From NCBI GenBank assembly GCA_030141605.1, contig JAQGDQ010000210.1, forward strand, positions 1-64,000: a DNA stretch of 64,000 bases, given 5' to 3'. The DNA is from Tubiluchus corallicola (Eukaryota > Animalia > Priapulida). This document shows positions 1 through 30,600 of the stretch, piece by piece. Numbering within the stretch: position 1 is the first letter of the stretch; every line of letters begins with the position of its first letter. The notes under the pieces are model-generated. The model ran no database searches. It worked only from the letters and a program-made list of their open reading frames with translations, and was not told the origin of the DNA. A program made the translations under genes and the position numbers.

Positions 1-1281
1 GATACTGGAAAATGCAGTTGCACTACAGTATTCGTCATTGGACGAATTTGACATATATACAACCAAATCACATTTATTGCATAGTATTTTCCTTATGAAT
101 TTATTTTCACACATCAAAATATAATATTGTACACATTAATAAACAATAAATAAAATGATTTGAGTAGTGTGAGGTGAGTGTACGACCATACGGTCATTAA
201 CACACTCACCTTAAAAAACAGCAAATGTCCAGTTGCTTAAATGTAATAAGAATAGCGTTAAGTATGCGATGATTCAAGAGATTAAAAATTCTAAGCATGG
301 TGTAGGAAAACTTTTTTGGTTAGACATAGAACTAGTATTAAATTACATCTTCATTAAATTATATTCGTTATAAGAGTTAAGTCAGTGTTGCAAATAATTA
401 ATGAGCATTCTTAAAACTAGAAAAACTACACAGTTACTAGACCTGTTTAATGAAAGATTATCATTAAAATTGAACTTTGGACTCTAAACGATATAGTAGG
501 TAAATCATAAACAACAAAACATGCTGGTATTTACGAAAATAAAAATATTAATACTGAAACTCACTGTTTCTGGTTGCTCCTTGTGTTGGGGGACTTTGAG
601 TGTCTTTTCTCCACAAAGCTGCAACATTCATTGCAGAAATTTGATATCCGAGTCCTAAACAAAAAACAGAAATTCATAGATAAAGATGAACTGGTGCCAC
701 CACACGACCTATAACAATAGCTCGACAAAATTAATATGACATGTGTAAAGATTGCTTGCTTTGTTAGAGCGTTGTCCCATCTAAAAAGTATGTTAATTGA
801 ACTAAAAAAAGCTCTCTTAGTTAACTTCTTTATAAACGCAGAAACTATCAGAAATATGGATATTAGAATTTTAGTTATGAAAGTGAGGAAGAAATAACTT
901 CAAAATGGAGTCTGAACTATGGTCTTCGAATGCAGTCTGTGCATTAACTGCCAGTTATCATTATATTAAAAACCTGGAAATGGCAGAGTAGCTCAGAATT
1001 ATGACAATTAATTGTAGCAAAACACCTGGCAGCATCCTTATCACCGAATTTTTAAAGCTGATCCACAAGCTGTCACTTTGGTATAGTCTCATTTGTTCTA
1101 GCTATGTACTCTCGGTTTGCTGGAACTCACTTCTACGGATATCGGAAAATTTGGACAGAATCTGGTCTGCTAAAAGTCCCACATAATACAGACACAGTCC
1201 TTTGTTTCGCGAGGTGACCGCTTGTTGGAGGGCCGTCACTTTGTTTATATCACATATATCAGTGTAACTCTGTGTATATCT
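1..1281 (-). CDS. Partial, unidentified multi-exon gene or recent pseudogene, possibly a membrane protein; continues off the left edge
   Basis: Five phase-compatible GT-AG exons: 1281-974 (phase 0>2), 780-709, 654-565, 290-210 (all 2>2) and 91-1. Spliced frame: RYTQSYTDICDINKVTALQQAVTSRNKGLCLYYVGLLADQILSKFSDIRRSEFQQTEST*LEQMRLYQSDSLWISFKNSVIRMLPGVLLQLIVIILSYSAISRWDNALTKQAIFTHVILILSSYCYRTRISNFCNECCSF...KILCNKCDLVVY. One in-frame TAG at 1104-1102. No family recognised. Confidence 0.45.
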
Positions 1282-1795
1282 CTATGTATAAAAATATAGA
1301 ATCAATTATGTTGAGTTATTTCACTCAAATGTTGACAGTTTTTTATATACTTTTGCATAGAAGCGGCCCTAACTATATGTTTTTGCGACAAGTAGGTGAT
1401 TGATTCTCTCTACATTACCATGCCTACTGTATCAGCTTAATATTGGAAAATACGGACAATTTGAAAATTGTCTAAAAACCTTCGTTTTTTTGTTCTTTTT
1501 TTCTCAGTATTTGGACGTGCTTATAATGGTGCAAGCACCTAACAAGTTTCACTTCTGGTTCTTCCCATTTATTCTATGCACGCTGTCATATAATCATTAT
1601 TATTAATATCTATTTTTTCCCAGTGTTTCTTGATATTGTATTTGTATTTACACTTCCAAATAAACTTATTATTATTAAAAAAAATAAATGTCTTTGTTCT
1701 TACATTAACACAACAAAATTTGGAAAAACTGGCACAATTTGTAAAATCAAAGATTGGATGCAGATTAGACTCATTAAAGTCAGTTCTACATCAAT

Positions 1796-1979
1796 TGTTG
1801 TTTAGTCCCCATTCCTATAGTACCTTACAGACTAATTGTTTTCATACGAGGGTATGGAGAGAGACATTATCTCTATTTTGGCATTACTGTTGTTTAGTCC
1901 CCATTCCTATAGTACCTTACAGACTAATTGTATTCATACGAGGGTATGGAGAGAGACATTATCTCTATTTTAGCATTAC
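1796..1979. repeat. Tandem duplication, 2 x 92 bp
   Basis: tgtttagtccccattcctatagtaccttacagactaattg...gcattac occurs twice head-to-tail, nearly identical. Confidence 0.9.
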
Positions 1980-2706
1980 TAACAGAGAGTAAAACATGCA
2001 TTCATAGCACACTAGATAGGTAAACTACTCCAGTAGACGTGTCTGATAACGTCTTCATGACCGCTTTGTGGCATACAACATGTAGTGAACTTTCACTAGT
2101 TAAGTATGAAAAATGGGACACATTCTTAAACTGCTTTTGTTAAATAGGTCATGGTATTTCTGTTTCGTGTTTAATGTTGTAGTACATGCTTTCATTAAGT
2201 GTTCAGCTGTATGCGACAATTTCGTTGTTATAAATGAAATTAATTATTATAATATGTAAATAATATATAATTCTTTGATGTTAGCCAACCTATGTGCGTG
2301 ATTGAGTTGGGCAAGTTTAATTACACATGGTGACTCCTACTGGCTACTAAGAGATAATTTTTCTGTCTTAATATATCAGTTGTCCTAAAAAATGCATCCA
2401 CGTTGACGCTACTGTAATTATCTTATAAAGTAGAAATTTCACAGTATAGCAATTCAATACATTGTGGCAAAAGTTACAAATTTATAACTTTAGTGTTTTT
2501 TAACTTATGGCCTAAGCTTTGTTGCATTTTAAAAAATCAAATGCTAGAATAATGTCAGCTTATTATCAACAAACAACCATGTTGACAGATAAAGCACTCA
2601 ATACCAGGCAGTAAAACAATAAAGAAATTAACCAGTTTACATCCTGGTTTTCATCACTGAAAGTAAATAAAGCACTTTTAAGGATCGTTGTCAGAAGTGG
2701 GGCTTA

Positions 2707-3423
2707 AGGGGCCCTTACTTGTTAAAAAAACGTCAAAATGTTGACGGAGAATTTTGATACAAAATTTTAATACACAATTTCCCATACGCGATTCAATGTT
2801 TTTCCATTAAAAATCAATCTCAACAAAATGGGCAGGAGTCTCCTAGTCTCGTAAGAACATCAAGGCATCCATGAACCACACATTTGACACCTACAGGGCT
2901 TCAGTTTCTGCACCTGATTTGGCGCTTCTATCTATTTTTCAAAGTTCATTGCGGAAGTTTGTTGTCAAAGTGTTCAGCTTCTTTTCAGATCGTCTGCCGT
3001 GGCGGAAGTGAAAAACTCACGATATTTCTTCATGTATGCAGCGGCTTTCTTGTCTCGATTACTGTAATCGGGCAACTTAATTTTCCACAAGGCTGGCCAG
3101 GTCTTGTGCACATTTATCACTTCAATCAGAACCTTCTTTTCTTCCGCTTTCTTCCCAGACATGGTGATCCTCGCACCTCGGCGGTCGCGTACGAAATGAA
3201 ATTTTGTTCAAAATTTTGATGGGAGCCCAAACACGTATCGAAATATTGACGACTCGTCAAGAAATATCAAAGTTGGTTTGACCCGTCAAAATTTTGAGTC
3301 ATGCTTTTTTTGACATCAAAACACCCCATACCATACACGGTGAAAATTCATATCAAAATTTTGATTCAAAATTTAGATTGATTCAAAATTTTGACATTTT
3401 TTTTGAACGTGTATGGCGCCCCT
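2707..3423 (-). mobile_element. PIF/Harbinger deletion derivative carrying a decayed MADF (Myb/SANT-like) gene
   Basis: Imperfect TIRs AGGGGC(G)CCWTAC..GTT.AAAAAAA.GTCAAAAT; TTA on both flanks (2704-2706, 3424-3426); internal minus-strand MADF-like sequence (WPALWKIKLPDYSNRDKK...LNTLTTNFRNEL*K). Confidence 0.8.
2840..3162 (-). pseudogene. MADF-domain ORF remnant of the Harbinger element
   Basis: ORF 3162-2974 continues after a frameshift as LNTLTTNFRNEL*KIDRSAKSGAETEAL*VSNVWFMDALMFL; several stops. Confidence 0.75.
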
Positions 3424-4504
3424 TTATTCTCTGGGTTACAGTGTTTGGAATTCTTTTCAAAAGAAAGTGTATGCCGGTTGTACAGAACCGTTTGAGGAAG
3501 AGAAACTAAAGGCAAAAGTTGTTGAATGCTGACACCAAATACCCCTTAAAAAAGTGAGAAACTATGTTGGAAAAACATTTTCGTCTAGATTGCATTTAAA
3601 ATGGTGGTCAATAGAGTACTTGGTGTAAATTTTAACAATGATAACATATTAGTTTTCAAAAAAGTCCATTATTTTCTTTTATAATATTGTAATCAAAACT
3701 TCGATGCATTTTTTGTGATTTTTTTTGTAAAACAAAGCTTAGAAAACAAGACAGCATTTGCATTAGTTATCTCTCATTTTGAACCATCTCATCAGCAAAG
3801 AGTCAAATAACACCGATTAGTTGGATTAGTGTTATGGATTATCTGATTACTCAACGCAAGTTACTGCACACAGATATAAAGCCTGACCCAGTTTGTCATT
3901 TATGTGTAATGATGGGCAGTTTGAATTAGCCTTAAGCTAGGACAGAACACTATCTTTTCGGTGTTGGTATCCATAATAGTAGAGGTTTGTTTAGTGATTC
4001 CAAGAAAAAATGTATGTGGTAAACAGTGCTTGGTAAACAATCTAAACATTGTTGCTGGCTGTAGTCATTTAAAAAAACTAATGGTGAATATATGATTGTT
4101 TCTGACTGAATTTAATAAAGAATAATCGAGTATGCAGATCTTTTGCTCTGTCCACTTTTGTTTTATGCTAGTTTGATATTAATTGTTTTTGGTTAAGAAG
4201 GTGAAACGCAAAAAAAGAACTATTGATGATTGAGTCACTGTGCAACTTTTATGGGATGCAGTATGCAGGTCTGATAAATAAAATCTGTTTGGGACTATTC
4301 ACCAAAATCAAAAGCATTGTAGCTAAGGCCACTACCCCATTTCTTCACCGTCTTCGTCTCACTGCCATCTCCCCCCGTTCGTTGAAATAGTCATTCTTAT
4401 TCTTCAACACAGCCAAGTTCATTACAGTACTTGTAACAGTTGTATTATAATAATGAATGCGCCTAATTTGACACCCCCTTGTGCAATTAATGGAATCGAC
4501 CACA

Positions 4505-4520
4505 AACGCCCTCTAGCGAT
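4505..4520 (-). promoter_or_regulatory. CTCF-like motif in the putative promoter upstream of GULP1
   Basis: Minus strand TCGCTAGAGGGCGTT matches the CTCF core, about 270 bp upstream of the GULP1 ATG in a locally GC-richer patch. Confidence 0.4.
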
Positions 4521-4780
4521 GGTAATGCTCGGATGCTAGCAGTCGGAGAGTGGTGGTGGGTAAACCCGGATATTTCTCTTCACGATTTCTGGATATATTT
4601 GCTTTTGTGACTTGCACCGCTGCCTTGATGTAAACACGTCTTCGCCTAGCCAGTTTTTAGCTCGTTAAAAGTATGTTTTTCTTCTTTTAGGACATTTCGT
4701 CATTGATAGTTAAACGCTAGGTAGTTCTGGAGCGTCTTAATTAAACGTGCATTTTTCGAATTCGGTGTTTTTTTCTGGAG

Positions 4781-22759
<17,979 letters not shown>

Positions 22760-23210
22760 TTGTAACAACTGCCTTTCTGCTTTATGATAGGAATCTCGTT
22801 CCTTTTCGCAAGGAGATGTACCAGCACCGGCGACAATGTTTGTGATCAGAAATGATCATTCAAATTCAAAACTTCTTTTACTTGTGAAATTTACTGATCG
22901 ATCGATTCTTAGGCAAAGTCTTATTTGTTCTATATTATGATCCATCATTTTGAGAAGGAACCATAAGAAATTTTTAGTCATTGCAATTTTTTCAAGGTCC
23001 AAAAATTCTATAAAAATAATTTTCTTCGTGGTTACAACCCAAGTTACTTATATTGAAAGTTCTGGGAATTTGGCATATTCGATTCATTATTGAAATATTC
23101 TGTGTTTGATTATATATGACCTGACATTTTCTACCTGCAGCTGCTAATGATTAATTTTTTGTTTGTTTTCATTTGATTTTTATTTGTTATTTTACATTCT
23201 TTGGCTTTAA

Positions 23211-23783
23211 AGGAAGGCAGGATGATTTTTCATGTACTACCCAATTTTCAAGTTCGATAAAAATGTACGTTATAACACAATTAATACAAGCGTTTCTGAT
23301 AATTAAATAATAGATTAACATCTTAATTAGCAGCGGCAGCACCCAACTAGTGATGACATCACAAACTAACATAGTTTTCAACAGCAAAAGTATTCCACGA
23401 GTGTGTTACATGTGTTTGCAAAAGTGAAAATTGAAGTACAGTGCTACTGTATGATATTTGATGTGTTGTACTAAAACGGGGCAGGTTTTAAGATAAAAAT
23501 TCAAAGTTCAGATTTACTGCTGTGCTCATGCATAAGCTGTCGAACGTGTGTAGTTTGTCGCAAACTAACACATCTGAACTGAGAGGTACAGCACCAGTTT
23601 TTTGTGTAATGCATTTCCGAAATACAGACGCTAGTGCCCGTTTAACTAGAGAATGCCAAAATGCACATAACAGCAAAGAACTAGTGGCGGGAACGTGAAG
23701 TTGTGTTTGTGTGGTAATAGCCTTTCTATATTTTAAAGAGTAGATTGTTTTGACCTACAGGTTAAGATTGGGTCAGTTTTTCT
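23211..23783. mobile_element. Non-autonomous DNA transposon, TTAA target (Kolobok-like), copy 2
   Basis: TTAA on both sides (23207-23210, 23784-23787); homologous to 20042-20650; lies in the probable GULP1 3' UTR. Confidence 0.7.
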
Positions 23784-25328
23784 TTAAGGATTTACTTTAC
23801 ACAAAAAATGCTGATTTTTGGTTTTTTGATACAAGCATCTTACCTTCCGTCAAGCTAGGAGTTCATTTTTTAAGAGACTGTTACTTTTAAACAGGTAAAT
23901 CATTAGTGACTGAAAGTTACATGGCAGCTTGTTGGCTCACCTGGCAGCATATCTTTCATGATTTCAGGTGTAAAAGTTACACATATTATGTTTAACATGA
24001 ACACAACTCTTTACATGTCAACTTTAGATGTTTTTATTTGATTCAGAGAATCATTTTTTTATTAAGATGATATTAATATTTATGATGGCATAACAACAAA
24101 GTATTTGAGAGCTGTTGAAGTATTTGCATTGGTAGTATCACTGATGTAAACAAATCCACAGATTAATTTGTTTACAGCAGAAAAAGATATGCAAATTTTT
24201 ACATGTTTTTTTCATGTAGCATCCTTTGTTGTTGACATAGTCAAAGTAGCATTATATAATGCTTTGTCTTGATCTTGATACATAGAAGTATAATCTCAAG
24301 TTTTTTATTTGATAATCAATGATAACATTAATGTAACTGATACAGTCACCACAAATATGTACATTATGTTGTTGAAACTCAAAATTATTTGCTTATGTTA
24401 CGTTTTTATTAATTTTGAATCTATTTTTTTTGCATATGTATTGGACAGCTTCGTGTTTCTGGCACTTAAAAAATAGCAATAATTTCTTTACCTCTGTAGT
24501 CAAAGTACCTCTTGTGTTTGATACAAAGCTGCATATGTCAGTTAACTTTTTTGTCAAATTTTGCCAAAATGTCTGCAAATGTTATGAAGTTTCAAATTCG
24601 ATTGAATTTTTTGCATTTGTATCTTCATTAAGTTAGCTGTGTGGGATAGTACTGGCAGATAGTACACCACATTTGAACAGTGTGTTGTTACAGTAATGAC
24701 TGTTCCTGTATATTTCTTCATGAAGAATTTGCTGCAGTTTGATTTAGCGAACTTTTGCCTTATAATTAAATATGCAAAATTTTTCAATTTGTTTAGACTG
24801 TGATTATAAAATGGGAATGTCTTCTGTTGATATAGTGAACATGCACATTTTTGATGTGTTAATATTCTTCCATTTTTTTCCTAGTAGGATGTAAAAAATT
24901 GTTTTATCTATGAAAATTTACAATTTCGCATATAAACAAGTGCCTATGTTCATTTGGAATTGGTGTTCTAAAACAGTAGTGCAAGTTTTTTAATTTTGTT
25001 TTCTCTTGTTAGTTACGATTTAATTCCTTTAGACATTGTTGATAATAACCTGGTTTGCATATTTCATTTGATACTGGCACATTGGTCAATTAATTATATG
25101 GAGGTTTCTGACCATCCAGGTTTCAAATTCATTCAAGTTAAAAAGACTGATCATGCAGTTTATTTGATGATTGTGTTATAATTCACTATCATGTTATGTC
25201 TTTGTTCATGACTATATGTACAATTTTAGGACTGATAACCTAAATGTAGACTTACGTTTATTAGAATCTCAGAATAATTATACCCATTTTAATACTTACA
25301 TATTTTACTTTAATACACTACGTACGTA

Positions 25329-25756
25329 CCGTATATACTCGCATATAAGCCGAATTTAGAACTATAAAATACAATACTGAAATTAGGGGGTCGGCTTATA
25401 TGCGCATGAAACAAAATGAACACAAGGACAGACACTAATGCCAATTTTCCAGCCACACATTTTCATCGCTATCTGACTCTTTATTTGGTTGTGTGTCACC
25501 CAATGTATAATTTCTTCTAGTATGTAACATAAAAGTAAGCATTTTACATCTTTATAGTAAAAAATTTCTATGAACCAAAAATACCCAATTAACAAAATGT
25601 GACAAAAAGGGATCAATTTTGTTGATTGGGTGTGGAGTAAAATTAGACAAGTTGATGGTCGGCTTATATACGGGTTTTTGCAAAAACTGGCCATTTTAAA
25701 GCACTTTTAGGGGGTCGGCTTATATGCGATGTAGGCTTATATGCGAGTATATACGG
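25329..25756. mobile_element. Tc1/mariner-superfamily MITE
   Basis: Perfect 23-bp TIR CCGTATATACTCGCATATAAGCC; TA on both flanks; internal GGTCGGCTTATA subrepeats. Confidence 0.9.
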
Positions 25757-26374
25757 TAATTTAATCGTGAACGTAATATCCTCCTTATTTTAAAAGTAAA
25801 TATTGTAAACGAATGGTTTGATAGTTTTTGAAAGTTTTGTTGACTCTAATTTTGTGAGTAGATGATGGTTGCTCTTTGTTTTTCTAAGTTGCTTCCTAAG
25901 TTTCCTGTACCTAATTTTATAATTGTTAGATACTGGTGGACATTTTTATGACTGCGGGCAATGTTTAAGAATGTGATTATTGATGTTTGTGAGAAGTGCT
26001 GACGATGTTGTCGAAAATGCAGAAAACGTGGTGAAATTTGGAATTTGTTTACAATATTCATATTGTGTATGTAGCTAGAAGTGCTAGATGTTTTAATATG
26101 CAAGTACTGCATTTGTTAGTTTACTTTGTATTTTCTGTATAGCTATAACGTTAGACTTAGGTTGCAACTATGCGTTGCTCCTTTCAACAATTTTGTGATC
26201 AACATATCTATGCACAATATATGTTGGGGATGTTTAAGTTCTGTTCACGCTTTACAGATTTTCTACTTTTTAACTTTTTTTGTTCATTAAAAACGACCAG
26301 TCGTTTTGCTGATTATTGGTAATTATGTGGTAATGGAATTTCTGAAATAAGTAATTACATCTACCTGTATAACC

Positions 26375-27282
26375 CATAGATTTAAATGCCGCGTGCATGC
26401 TTGCAGAGAGCACAAAGGTAGGCAAATAATGGGCGCCATGTTCTACAACAAAAAAACTGCAACCGATTATTAGGCAAAAACAGGCCTTGCGGGTAGAAGT
26501 AACATTCATTACCAAAAAGGAAATTCGAATTGAATCGAATTTGTGACTTTCGAATTCGAATTCACCGAACTTCAGTATTTTCGAATTCGTTTTGAGATTG
26601 ATAGATTTTCGGACAAGTTTTCGAACCACCAGTAAAAATTAGTCTTACAAAGATCATGCATATTACTCGATTTTGTTCTGCAGTAGAACTACTAATAATT
26701 TGCTTGAAAATTGTGCACTGAAATCACAGCTAAATTGTGCTAATTGCATGATGTTTCAAACGTTTTATTGATAAAGAAAGTATGTGGTTGAAATGCTGAA
26801 TTATTTGAATCTATAGTTTTAGATTTGAGTCGAATTTGAACTATAGGTTTTACACGTCAAATGTAGACACAGGAAAGTTCAAATGTGACTTAGGTAAGTC
26901 AAATGTAGACATAGGAATTTCGAATGTGTTTTGGTAACTCAAATGTGACTTAGGTAAGTCAAATGTAGACATAGAACATTTGACTTGACATGTGTCTGCA
27001 TTTGAGTTACCAAAAACGCTTAAGGTTTCTTGAAAACCATTGTTAACACATTTGAACTACCAAAGCCTACGTTTGAGTTACCAAGACACATTTGAATTAC
27101 CTAACTCTACATCTGAGTTAACGCAGGTCTACATTTGACGTGTAAACCCTATAAAAAAACTCGTTAGAATTAGATTCGAACGTTAGAAGTCGAACGTTCG
27201 ATGCTCACCCCTACTTGAGGGACACACTTGATTCATTATTCCAGCTAGCAAGCCCTTTGCTGCGCACGCATTTAAATCTATG
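26375..27282. mobile_element. CATAG-ended MITE holding two nested insertions
   Basis: TIR CATAGATTTAAATGC / GCATTTAAATCTATG; a related uninterrupted copy lies at 46977-47229. Confidence 0.7.
26846..27149. mobile_element. Innermost nested MITE
   Basis: TIR GGKTTTACACGTCAAATGTAGAC, TATA on both flanks, ~20-bp internal subrepeats in mirror orientation. Confidence 0.8.
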
Positions 27283-27642
27283 ATATATCTAAGTTTTGTT
27301 TAACGTTCTAGAGTAATCTCTCTCAAGTGCTTTTGTGGTGTGTTAACATTATGGTAGTACCATGGTTGCTACTAATTTTGATGCTATTATATTCAAAATG
27401 ATAATTATACTGTACTGTTATAATAAAATTTTTATTTCAATACTTTCTTGGCGTTTAATTTGCCTTAAACATTAAAATTGAGTTTTTATGTATTGACGCT
27501 TCCTTAAATAGATACTACGTAACATTATTTTCTCTCTGTTAAAGTTGATTTTTGTACATATTTCTGTCAGCCTTTGCTACCCAGAAACAATTATTCAATA
27601 AATACGCACGTTTCATACATTAAAACTAACAACAAACAGAGT

Positions 27643-30600
27643 TTAAAAAGGTGAATGCGTTTCGATGATTTTGCTCTGATATTGTGACCTGCACACTGGG
27701 CACAGAGGGGGCTTGTGCAGGGAAAACCTCTCAAAGGACGCCACACACTGAGAGTGGAACATGTGAGAACATGACAAAAGTGACAGCGTGTTGCACAGTT
27801 TCGAGCACGAACGCTGACCTAGGTCACTTGAGCGGTCATTTCTGATTTCACTTTGCGAATCTCTTAGCAGGTTATTATTTAACTCTGAGATCCCATTGAC
27901 CATTGAGATTGATTTATCAGCTTCATCGTCACGTCCACAAATTGAAGACGCTGTGTTTGTTAGACGCTGTTTCAGTGGCATGATGCAGATTGGACAGTCT
28001 CTATCGTCTCGTTTCTTGGCCTATCAACAACAACAAAGGCAAAAAATAAAGTCTTATAAAGTGTACAATACGAGAAGCTTCTAATAAAGCAAATGACTCG
28101 CGATTATGAATTTTAAAAATTAAATGTATTGAGGTACAACTATAGCTATTGTATTGTAACAGTTTCTCACAAACAAAGTTCACCTTATAATCGCTGAGGG
28201 AGAATTCGCAAGTGTACATGTTGGCAGGAAGCAACTGTCATGGCAATAATGTAACAACGATGAACACCAGCCCAAAACTAGTCAGTAGAGAAACCTTTTA
28301 TTATAGATGTAACAAAATGGGTAAGATGAGTTTGAAGCATATATACAAACAGACTAGAATTCACTAATGAAATGCGCTGGTTGGCGTCAGGAACCGTACT
28401 GAGGTTTTGTCTCACGGTCCGGGTTCGAGGCTGATTACCAGGATGTGATTAACGTCATTGTTATGAGATTCTAAAGATTGTTATGAGAAAATACAATAGC
28501 GTCCGGTTACAATAATGATGCTTATTGCTAAAATGTGCCAGTAAATTCCTGTTCAATTTTAATTGAAATGAATTTGAATTGCAGTTTTTATTGCAGAATC
28601 AAAGTTGCACATTACAAACATGCATACTTGAAAAGTTTTAAGGACAGTATTTGCCTCATACGCAGCAGAGTCTGAAAACGATAATCACTGTACCTACGCT
28701 TCTGAGTGTATGCGGCCATGATTTAAAAAAACATGTTTAATCTCTTCAATAATAACAACAAAATAAGGACGATTAAAGTTGACATTAGTCTATTGTAGTA
28801 GAGAAGTCACGAAAAGGTTATTCTTTAATATTTGACATAAGATACTTCTAAGCAAAGTGAAAGCGCAATGACAATATGCTACAATGAAGAGCAGGAATAA
28901 ACATTTAATCAATAGAAATGAACAACGTTCAGTTCACAAGATTGCTGCGGAAAGAAAATTCTTTGTTAGTTCATAGCACTGAACATAAAGCAGACAACGC
29001 TGAGATTAATATCTGAAATTTTTTATGATAACATGTTATAAAATAACGCAAATGATTTTTTCTGCACAAAATGTTTTGTAATTTAGATTCAGTTTAACTT
29101 TTCCTAGTTGAAAGTGCCAGATCTAAACGCTGAAGTAGTAGAAACTTGTCATCAGCGTATAACATATGTTTTGCATGCTTTCCCGCTGAAACATCATTGA
29201 AGCTAGCTAACTTTGGACGCAGTTCATAAAGGTGAATAAATATGGAAGGCAAAGAGTTGCCGGCTTGTCGTATGCCTTTTCATTAGATATAGCCTTAATT
29301 AACCCACCTGATATGTGTTGAACCAATTAGGCCTTTTAGATATACAGAAGATGTGAGTAATAGTATCGCGAAATTCAGAAATTGATATTTTGCAGTTTAC
29401 CCTGTCAATAGCAGGAGGCGTCGAGAAAGGAGATCTCTAAGGAGAATATGTTCTTCTTGAGTATCAAAATTACTTAAATCAGTCACCTCTCCGAGAAGGT
29501 AATGTTTTGTTTTGTATAATACAAAAGCAACAGGAATGTAACAATATGCTAAGGCAAGGGTTTCATCAATTAAAATTTAATTTTTACATGTATAGTATAG
29601 GTCTCGATATAATTACACTTCGTCGTAGTGTAGGAAATTGGATTTACTGTATTTCAATGTTTGAGAAAAATAATTGAAAATATCCAGGACAAAAATAATG
29701 TCGCACCATACCTATCTAGTAAAAGCAATTTATCGGTACAGCAAACATTTCATTTGCTTTATATACCTTATATACATTTATATGTAAAAGGAGCATTGTT
29801 GGGTACATACGTTTCCTTACCTGTTAAATTTGGTTTTCCCCTTTAACTGTCATCAGTCGTGTGACCAGATAGTTGGCCAGGTAGACATTACCTGGCATGC
29901 AATACAAGTTCATATGACGTGATTGTTGTGAATTGAATTGTTTTTTGCATGTTACAAGCGCCAAAACTCAGGAGGACCACATTGTGCGTGTCTAATTATC
30001 TTTGTTCTCACTGCTTTATACAAATATAGCTATTTCGCTGTTTTTTTTTGTATAATTATAATAAAAAATCAGATAATCTAATTTAGTAATTTACCTGCAT
30101 GGAACTTATGTTTTTTGCTATTAACTCTTGCTGCAATTTATTATTACAGATAAAACGACAATCGCTGCATATTGAACAAATTTGGATTTTCTGGAGTTTA
30201 AATGTAGTACAAGCATAGTTGGTAAATACATTCTAATTACACAAAAATTGAATCTCCAATATACGTGTGTGTGTGTGTGTGCGTGTGCGTGTGCGTGTGC
30301 GTGTGCGTGTGTGTGTGTGTGTGCGTGTGTGTGTGCGTGTGTGTGTGCGTGTGTATGTGTATTCGTGCGCGCGCGCGTGTGTGTGTGTTCGTGCGCGCGT
30401 GTGTGTGTTCGTGCGTGCGTGTGTGTGTGTGTGTCAACAAAGACACTGTACTGCGCAGATTTCTGTCACAACAGGAAGAAACTATAACAACCTTTTTAGC
30501 AACTTCTTCCCAATCAACAATTTGATTTGCTGAAAGAAATGCATCCAATTCCTCGAAAGTTGCCCGACTCTTGGCGAGTGAATCGTCTATTTGTCGCAAA

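Noticed and set aside
4280-4422. Selenoprotein-like ORF with in-frame TGA on the minus strand
   Set aside because: No redox motif, no SECIS identified, and the TGA sits in an Arg run.
28375-28440. tRNA gene (B-box-like GGTTCGAGGC)
   Set aside because: No cloverleaf could be built; at most a decayed SINE head.
29888-29897. U1 snRNA (TTACCTGGCA)
   Set aside because: Only 10 nt match and the rest of U1 is absent.
30182-30533. CV/RV/HT-repeat ORFs
   Set aside because: Produced by the (GT)n tract; only 30653-30492 (-) is a real RNF32 exon.
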